DNA of 64,000 bases, from assembly GCA_963822405.1 (NCBI GenBank), contig CAWGHH010000001.1:151296-215295 (forward strand), in the 5' to 3' direction. Shown in pieces: positions 1 through 6,032 of this stretch. Under the pieces are notes generated by a model. The model had not been told where the DNA came from. It worked only from the letters and a program-made list of their open reading frames with translations, and made no database searches. The stretch comes from Candidatus Uhrbacteria bacterium. GTDB taxonomy: Bacteria > Patescibacteriota > Patescibacteriia > UBA9934. The position numbers were made by a program, and so were the translations under genes. Positions within the stretch are counted from its first letter, which is position 1, and each line of letters begins with the position of its first letter.

Positions 1-25
1 GAGAAAGAAACCATTTGCTTCGCGT

Positions 26-769
26 TTAGTAAGCGAAGCCGTAACCCGCATGCTCGCAACCGAGCTCGCGGGTGGCCACGTGCCAGAGCGTGGTCATGGC
101 GCTACAATGGCCATCGCTGAAGCGCGACGACTCCTCGTAGACGAAGATTTTCTTCAGGGCAGCGGAGTAGCTGCCGAAGAACTTCGCCTCGCTAGGTTCA
201 CCCGTGGCGATAATCGCCAGGATGTCTTCGGCGGCTTGGTCGGGGTTAAACCCGGTGACCAGACGCTCGCGGCCGCCGTCCGTGGCCACCTTCCAGGCAA
301 GCGCGGTTCGGAGATCTGGAGCCGCCTCGTGGTGGAAACCGCCGTCGGAATCGACGAACCCGATGGCCCGTCCCTCGGTGGCGATTTCGATCGAGAACCC
401 GACCTTCTCCGGGTCGAGACCGATCTCCCGCGCGATGCCGCGATAGCGCAGCGCGCACAGCTGCGCGAGCGGGGTCGGGGACGTGGTCCCCAGGATTGCG
501 GTACCGTTGCGATCACGCAACGTGCCGACCACCATCGGGTCGGCCAGCCCGAACTGGGTCAGATTCGCCCGGATCGGGTGCGCGGTCAGGGCATCCGCCT
601 CCCAGTAGAGGCGCGACGACTCTTCCGCGAGGGCCTTGTACTCGGGGTCGTTTTGGGCCTCGGCCAGCCCAATTTTTTTCTCCTTGGAGATCCGGTCGCG
701 AGCCGTGTAGGCCCGGTCGGAGGCGGTCTTGTACGCCGCGTGCGCGACGAGATATGTATCAATGGACAT
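26..769 (-). CDS. hypothetical protein (247 aa) in GC-rich island
   Basis: Long ORF; ATG at 769 preceded by AAAGGAGAG RBS; no recognisable motif; GC visibly higher than the rest of the window. Confidence 0.5.
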   Translation of the reverse strand: MSIDTYLVAHAAYKTASDRAYTARDRISKEKKIGLAEAQNDPEYKALAEESSRLYWEADALTAHPIRANLTQFGLADPMVVGTLRDRNGTAILGTTSPTPLAQLCALRYRGIAREIGLDPEKVGFSIEIATEGRAIGFVDSDGGFHHEAAPDLRTALAWKVATDGGRERLVTGFNPDQAAEDILAIIATGEPSEAKFFGSYSAALKKIFVYEESSRFSDGHCSAMTTLWHVATRELGCEHAGYGFAY

Positions 770-823
770 TTTCTCTCCTTTCCCGCAATTGTAACCGGCG
801 GGTTCGGGTGATTTTACAGCAGC

Positions 824-878
824 ATCCTCAACGAACGTCTTAAAAAGAATGTAAGTTTTTAAGCAGTTGGTTGAGGAT
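824..878. promoter_or_regulatory. 9-bp inverted repeat (ATCCTCAAC / GTTGAGGAT) around a 37-nt spacer, upstream of the 26..769 gene
   Basis: Perfect IR seen directly at 824-832 and 870-878; sits in the promoter region of a minus-strand gene. Confidence 0.3.
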
Positions 879-929
879 CCCGGCCAGACAATGGTGCATT
901 GTCAGCCGAGATCTTGGGTGCGGTTCCTG

Positions 930-1040
930 CTACCGTTTGGTCAGCAGGAACCAGACAATCTGGGCGTAGGCGAGTGCGATCAAGCACCCGCTTCCGCCGA
1001 AACAGCAGAGGACAAAGATGTCCCCGACCTGGTGGGCCAT
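930..1040 (-). CDS. 36-aa hydrophobic peptide (MAHQVGDIFVLCCFGGSGCLIALAYAQIVWFLLTKR)
   Basis: ATG at 1040 with GGAGG 6 nt upstream; single TM-like hydrophobic stretch; the longer 930..1220 ORF is probably an over-extension. Confidence 0.3.
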   Translation of the reverse strand: MAHQVGDIFVLCCFGGSGCLIALAYAQIVWFLLTKR

Positions 1041-1129
1041 AGCGGCCTCCGTGGTTGTTGTCGAGTGAACGCTCGACGCGTGTTTTGGACTCCGTCGGTT
1101 AATTCCAGACGGCATCCAGCCCGATTTTT

Positions 1130-1495
1130 TTAGCTCTCCAGGGCGGAGAGGAAGAGCGGGAGGAATTCCTCCCACCCTTTTGGGGCGTTCGCCCGCGGTT
1201 CCCGCAGGCACTTGGCCCATGTCTCCGCCGGCGCGGGCCAGTACGGCGCGCGCCCATCACCCAGCACCTGCCGCAACCGGCGGGCGACTTCCTCGTGGAA
1301 GCGCGCCTCTCCGGCCATGTAGACGCCGTGATCCCAGCCGAATTCCGGGCTCGCGGACCAGGAAAAGGCCTCGCCTACGCGAGCGGTTTGCGCCGCCTGC
1401 TGGTGCCGGGTGGCGGCCTCGGCGACCGTCATGAGGCCGTGGTTAACCACGGCCCTCGCCACTGCGGCGGCGATTTCTTTTTCAGTGCGGGCCAT
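1130..1495 (-). CDS. hypothetical protein (121 aa)
   Basis: ATG at 1495 preceded by GGAGG (ttGGAGGccatcATG); the ORF extends to a TTG at 1507. Confidence 0.5.
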   Translation of the reverse strand: MARTEKEIAAAVARAVVNHGLMTVAEAATRHQQAAQTARVGEAFSWSASPEFGWDHGVYMAGEARFHEEVARRLRQVLGDGRAPYWPAPAETWAKCLREPRANAPKGWEEFLPLFLSALES

Positions 1496-1541
1496 GATGG
1501 CCTCCAATCAAGGAACTCGATCGCGCATGAGCTGCGCAGTG

Positions 1542-1594
1542 ATCGGTCCTCATCTGATCACTCAAGGGAGAGAGTCCTTAAGTGATCGGATGAG
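1542..1594. promoter_or_regulatory. Conserved long hairpin in 5' leader, copy A (conserved stem arms, variable apex)
   Basis: Left arm ATCGGTCCTCATCTGATCACTC pairs with AGTGATCGGATGAG (14 bp, one G.U); apex forms an AAGG/CCTT mini-stem; copy B at 2652-2703. Confidence 0.45.
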
Positions 1595-1673
1595 AATCCC
1601 TGAAGTGGTCGAGTGTCGACGAGACTTCAGGGATTTAGAGTGACGTAGTTGCGGAGCGTTAGCCCCACACCCG

Positions 1674-1964
1674 TCACCCACGTTGGTACCAACCCCCGTT
1701 GTTGGTTCGGTGTCCCTCCTTATGGATGGACATGATTTCCTTCCGGAGCTCTTTTCGAGCCACTCCTGGGGTCATGCCTGCTGGCGGAGCGAGTACGAAA
1801 AATTCGTACACCGCTCCGCGGTGGCAGTCCCCGCAGTATCCGTCATCCCAACAGCAGCACATTGTGCCGCCGTGGTTCAGACGGCGCGTTTCCGCGCCTG
1901 TCTGGACGAACCCCTGCGCGAGCAACCGCGCGAGGATAAGGTGGGATCGGGTTTTAATGGACAT
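1674..1964 (-). CDS. Cys-rich small protein (96 aa; CCCWDDGYCGDCH cluster)
   Basis: ATG at 1964 with AGGAGG RBS; dense Cys/His cluster suggests metal binding. Confidence 0.5.
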   Translation of the reverse strand: MSIKTRSHLILARLLAQGFVQTGAETRRLNHGGTMCCCWDDGYCGDCHRGAVYEFFVLAPPAGMTPGVARKELRKEIMSIHKEGHRTNNGGWYQRG

Positions 1965-2150
1965 TTTTCCTCCTTAAGAGGTTGATCGGTATGTCATACC
2001 GAAGCGTATTGATACGATCTCAACGCTCTCAAAATCCACAACCTCCATCATGAATTTTGAGAACGCGCCCTGGTACCGCTGTGTGCGTGGGTACCAGAGC
2101 GAGCGAAATTTTTTGGCAGACTATTCCTGGTCTGCCGGCAGGTACCGCCT

Positions 2151-2378
2151 TTACCAGGCGGTGTTGTTGAAGAAGGACTCCATGTCCTCCTTCGACGCTG
2201 CCCCCATGGGGCAGTCGTGGCTGTCGAGCGCTTCTTTGCGCTCGGCTAAGAGGGACATTCCGTCCCTCTGGAGATTCACCACGGCATACGTGCCGTGGAA
2301 CCCGCGCCACCCACCCGTGAGGGCGAGGAGGACGGGGACGAGCTGGGCGCTCATTCCCCCGTTCGCCACCAGGATCAT
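2151..2378 (-). CDS. hypothetical small protein (75 aa)
   Basis: ATG at 2378, 10 nt downstream of the preceding gene stop (operon-like); contains a CPMG motif. Confidence 0.4.
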   Translation of the reverse strand: MILVANGGMSAQLVPVLLALTGGWRGFHGTYAVVNLQRDGMSLLAERKEALDSHDCPMGAASKEDMESFFNNTAW

Positions 2379-2388
2379 ATGATCCTGG

Positions 2389-2577
2389 TCAGTGGTCTCG
2401 GCCCGGAGGCGCCTTGACCGCCTCGGAGACGGTGGCCGTGGCCACCCCCTCCGGCGGGGCGATGCGGTCGTCGTCCATGACGACGACCGTCGGGGTTGTT
2501 TTTGGGAATTCACGGAGGGCATCCGCGAGGATGCCCTCCACGTTCCGACCATTGAACACCAACAGCTTGGTCGACAT
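2389..2577 (-). CDS. hypothetical small protein (62 aa)
   Basis: ATG at 2577 with GGAGG 5 nt upstream; the listed ORF start at 2643 is a GTG inside the leader hairpin. Confidence 0.4.
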   Translation of the reverse strand: MSTKLLVFNGRNVEGILADALREFPKTTPTVVVMDDDRIAPPEGVATATVSEAVKAPPGRDH

Positions 2578-2651
2578 GGCGACCTCCAATTGAGTGACTC
2601 GATTTTTCCTCATGACTTCCGGCAAACATTTGCCAGCGGTCACGGAATAAC

Positions 2652-2703
2652 ATCGGTCCTCATCTGATCACTCGAACGGAGGATGTTCGAGTAGTCGGAT
2701 GAG
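2652..2703. promoter_or_regulatory. Conserved long hairpin in 5' leader, copy B
   Basis: Same 22-nt left arm as copy A; right arm GAGTAGTCGGATGAGG; apex forms a CGAAC/GTTCG mini-stem. Confidence 0.45.
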
Positions 2704-2806
2704 GAGAGGGGACCAGGCGAAGTGTTCGCTATGTCCCCTCACACGTCACTTTTCTTTTTAGGCTTGCCGGTAGGTTGTGCCAAAGGAAAAGAAAGTGAGA
2801 AAGAAC

Positions 2807-3052
2807 CTAATTGGGACTACCAGTCCCCGCACTCATTGGCGGGGACTTCGAGCCAGCGAGCGTATAGCCCGCCGAGGTTTCCTTTCGTCCCTTCTCGCCG
2901 GTATCCGGCGACGGCCACGTACCAGCGGCCGTCCTGCTGGACGACCGCCCCTGCCTCGGGGCTCTGAGCCAACCGGGCTCAGGGCCATGCCCCGAGGGTC
3001 CGTTTTCGGATCCTTCCTGGGCGGCAAGTTTCATGATTTCGGTTTTTTCCAT
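2807..3052 (-). CDS. Gly/Ser/Pro-rich small ORF (81 aa) behind the shared 67-nt leader; frame uncertain
   Basis: ATG at 3052 immediately after the AGGAGGAAAAA RBS that ends the conserved leader; low-complexity product. Confidence 0.3.
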   Translation of the reverse strand: MEKTEIMKLAAQEGSENGPSGHGPEPGWLRAPRQGRSSSRTAAGTWPSPDTGEKGRKETSAGYTLAGSKSPPMSAGTGSPN

Positions 3053-3055
3053 TTT

Positions 3056-3122
3056 TTCCTCCTTGCACTTTTAGATGCAGGTAATCGGCCCCCGTGTGAT
3101 GGGGTATGGTGTGCCGACCGTC
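3056..3122. promoter_or_regulatory. 67-nt conserved 5' leader element, copy 1 (about 5 mismatches against copy 2)
   Basis: ttcctccttgcacttttagatgcaggtaatcggcccccgtgtgatggggtatggtgtgccgaccgtc; carries the RBS and a CCTTGCA...TGCAGG stem adjacent to it. Confidence 0.5.
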
Positions 3123-3336
3123 TCTGATGAGACGGGTTTAACAAATTCGGAGCAAAGTTGCCTCCGACATAAACTCTCCATCATGAAGAATTTGTGTCGA
3201 AGGACGAGGAAGAGCGGTGCATGTGCTCAATTCCTCGCCTACGGGTGCTAATCATGTCCTTGTTGGACTTCACCGCGCAGATGGGGCACGTGTCAGTTTC
3301 TATAGGAGCTGTAGCCCCAGAAACTGACAAAGAAGG

Positions 3337-3561
3337 CTATTCCTGCGTATTGCCGCAGGAAGGGCAGACGCCGACCTTGTCGGCGTTGCCGAAGGCGCCC
3401 AGATGGGCGCCGCAACTCCAGCACGAAACGTCGTGCTGGATGGTCAAAGGGGGGGCGACTATCACCCCCCCACACTCTGGGCACAAGAGAGCCCCTGAGC
3501 CGTGCCTTATCGGCACGACTCCTGCATTGTGCGTGCAGACCGGGCACTGGATGTGATCCAT
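3337..3561 (-). CDS. double zinc-ribbon small protein (74 aa; four CxxC pairs)
   Basis: ATG at 3561 with AGGAGG RBS inside leader copy 2; CPVC, CPEC, CWSC and CPSC motifs. Confidence 0.5.
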   Translation of the reverse strand: MDHIQCPVCTHNAGVVPIRHGSGALLCPECGGVIVAPPLTIQHDVSCWSCGAHLGAFGNADKVGVCPSCGNTQE

Positions 3562-3563
3562 TG

Positions 3564-3630
3564 TTCCTCCTTGCACTTTTAGGTGCAGGTAATCGGCTCC
3601 CGTATGATGGGGTATGGTTTGCCGACCGTC
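3564..3630. promoter_or_regulatory. 67-nt conserved 5' leader element, copy 2
   Basis: Near-identical to 3056-3122; sits immediately upstream of the zinc-ribbon ORF. Confidence 0.5.
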
Positions 3631-4107
3631 CCGGAAGGGGCGGATTTAGGAAATGGTCGAGCGCATCGGTCACACCGACAGCGTAGTGTCCGCGTCGATG
3701 TCGTTGATTAGGACCTCCGTGTCCTGATCCACTACCAGGCCGAGCCTGATGGCGAGTGCAACCTGTTGACAGGTCGCCAACGTCACGAGCCGGGTGCAGC
3801 CGGCGTGGTGATCGAACGAGAATCGACGCCCGGAGGCATCGACCTGGGGCCCTGCACGGCCCCATCGAGCGCGATCGAGTTCACACAGAGGTTCTCGAAG
3901 GAGACGACCTGGCCGAACACGAAGTTGATACGCATGGTGTCCTCACTCCCGGTTTCCGCCGGGTCGGGATTGTCACGGCTTATAACCAGCTTCGAACTTC
4001 CAGGTGTTGACGATCTCTCGTCAGGGGCTGCGGCAGGTCGAGAAACTCGACTAAACCGACTAACGCCTGAACACCTTTCCGTCCAAACTGGCTACTCGCC
4101 AATCAGC

Positions 4108-4401
4108 TCAGCATTCCAGAACATCCGGTTTGCTGATAATGATTGCTCTCTCTAGAGCTTCGAAGATTTCAAGTGGAGGCTTGAAAACTTTGAAGTACCA
4201 GTGAGATTTGAGGTTAGGCTCGCCGTAGTTTCTGCATTCAGAAACCTCATCAGCAAGCCTGTACGTTTTCGTCAAAAACTTTCGTTTGTGACGCTCTCTA
4301 TGGGTACATTGCGGATGGAGGCCGGAATGTACGCATGGAGAGTTTCTCCGGAACCTCATGCTTGTGCACTTGGCCCGATAAGAATCAAGAAAAGGATCCA
4401 A
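4108..4401 (-). CDS. hypothetical Cys/His-rich basic protein (97 aa) at the GC-shift boundary
   Basis: ORF only; C...C...H...CTH pattern is loosely HNH-like but not diagnostic. Confidence 0.25.
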   Translation of the reverse strand: MDPFLDSYRAKCTSMRFRRNSPCVHSGLHPQCTHRERHKRKFLTKTYRLADEVSECRNYGEPNLKSHWYFKVFKPPLEIFEALERAIIISKPDVLEC

Positions 4402-5051
4402 GGTGTCCTACTGCTTAAGGTCGAGTGATCACAATCGGCACTGAGTGTCGTGTGAGTTCGATGATCTTAAGACCGGACAGCTAAAGATTTAGCTTTTCTT
4501 CTCTCGTTATTTAATTGTGAATGATCTTCCTCTCTCCTTGATGGTCGGCATTTGTGCTTGCAAGTCCATCTGTCTTGGTAAGGAATGCAGGAGGCTCGAC
4601 TGCTTTTTACAGCGTTCAAGCTCCCGCGCACTCATTACCACTTACATTCTGCTAGGGATGTAAGGGGGAGCCGCGTGGTAGCCACTCGTCCTAAGACAAG
4701 TGCAGGTATTCCGGATGCGGTTCCAACGTGATCAGTATCGACTGATCAATCTAGCGAACTGATCTCACTTTCGAGCAATGCCCTCTCTTGGGCACGCGTT
4801 GCTCAAACGGATATCAGTATGTGAAGGTCTTCTTCTTTCGCCCTCTCTCGGGCAATTAAAGAAAGACAGGTTTACAGTTCTTTCGTAGAGAGATCTGCAA
4901 ACCTGTCCTCAGGAGCTTCTACCCTCCATATAATGGTGGGGAACTTCTGCGTCCCATTTTTTACAGTTGGGCTTCTGCTCTCTCTGGTTGTTAAAGGTTC
5001 GGTTTGGTCTAGATCTCTGTGCTTGGTCTGTCGTCCCTTCCTCACCTGACC

Positions 5052-5080
5052 ATCGTACCATAAATTCTAACTTCTGTCAA
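5052..5080 (-). promoter_or_regulatory. Outward-facing promoter TTGACA-N17-TGGTACGAT directed into the ORF-poor region 4440-5040
   Basis: -35 at 5075-5080 and extended -10 at 5052-5060, read on the minus strand. Confidence 0.35.
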
Positions 5081-5146
5081 GCAAGTCCTGGCAATGCACA
5101 TAAAAAAAGGCCAAGGTTAGCAAAGAAAGATATCCCCATTCTGCCA

Positions 5147-5161
5147 TTGCCAATTTGGCAA
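5147..5161. promoter_or_regulatory. Perfect 15-bp palindrome TTGCCAATTTGGCAA over the putative -35 of the TrmB-family gene (candidate operator)
   Basis: Palindrome seen directly; TAAAGT -10-like hexamer downstream; 23 nt before the ATG at 5184. Confidence 0.4.
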
Positions 5162-5183
5162 AGTGTGGTAAAGTGGTCTGTAT

Positions 5184-6032
5184 ATGTACACTGAACTACT
5201 TCAGAAGCTTGGGCTTTCGGAAAACGAGGCCAAAATGTATGAGCTACTCCTTATAAAGGGGGAGTCAAAGGCCGTGGATTTGGTGCCAGAGTCCGGTTTA
5301 GGCCGGGGAAATGTGTATAACGTGTTAACAACGCTGGTTTCTAAGGGGTTAGTGACGGTTACTGCTGGGACTAAGCAGATATATAGAGCGGCGGAACCTA
5401 CAAAGCTTGTTTCTTTGGTTGAAGCCCGAAAACGCGAAGCCGATCGGCTCGATGCCGAATTCAAGGAAGAATTGCCCAAATTAAACTCGACTTTCAATTT
5501 GACCACAGGAAGACCGGCAATCCAGGTATTTGAAGGGTATGAGGGGGCAGAGGAAGTGATTATGGATTCGTTGAACGCGCCGGACGGCATTCTTACTTAC
5601 CTTGATGTTTCAGCTTTAACTGGCGAGTTTGCGGAGATTAACAAGCGCTATCTTAAGAAGCGCATTACAGCAAAAATTCCGAAGTGTATTTTGGCGGCTG
5701 ATACACCGGAGGCACATGCCTTTTTTGCCAATCAAAATACGCCCTTTACTTATATAACGTATTTGAAGGATTACCCAAGTAATTTCAAGACGGCGATGGA
5801 AGTGTACGGAAACAAAGTAACCTATCTAACTCTTTCGGACGAAAAACAGATTTCAGTCATGATCGAGGACGTAAATATCGCTAAAATGCATCGGGCGCAG
5901 TTTCATTATCTGTGGAAGGCAGCCGGGGGAGAGCCTACGCAGCTTCTTTCAGCTGTTTCGCCAACTCCACTCGTGGCTCAAAGACCAGCGTCCGCAGATT
6001 CGGATTCTTTGGATCGGCGTAATAACGCGTAA
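5184..6032 (+). CDS. TrmB-family transcriptional regulator (N-terminal wHTH plus sugar-binding-like C-terminal domain)
   Basis: N-terminal LLQKLGLSENEAKMYELLL...GRGNVYNVLTTLVSKGLV matches the TrmB HTH; C-terminal tail overlaps the convergent gene by 98 nt. Confidence 0.7.
   Translation: MYTELLQKLGLSENEAKMYELLLIKGESKAVDLVPESGLGRGNVYNVLTTLVSKGLVTVTAGTKQIYRAAEPTKLVSLVEARKREADRLDAEFKEELPKLNSTFNLTTGRPAIQVFEGYEGAEEVIMDSLNAPDGILTYLDVSALTGEFAEINKRYLKKRITAKIPKCILAADTPEAHAFFANQNTPFTYITYLKDYPSNFKTAMEVYGNKVTYLTLSDEKQISVMIEDVNIAKMHRAQFHYLWKAAGGEPTQLLSAVSPTPLVAQRPASADSDSLDRRNNA

Noticed and set aside
50-811. Long ORFs on the opposite strand or in alternative frames within GC-rich DNA (for example 50..811 +, 154..516 -, 3293..3865 -, 2777..3127 +)
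   Set aside because: They overlap better-supported genes that have RBSs. Their products are Arg/Pro/Gly-rich low-complexity sequence, as is typical of shadow ORFs in high-GC sequence.
4201-4428. ORF 4201..4428 (+) and other 60-100-aa ORFs in the AT-rich region 4100-5180
   Set aside because: No RBS, no conservation signal, and overlap with 4108..4401 (-). They are treated as noise.
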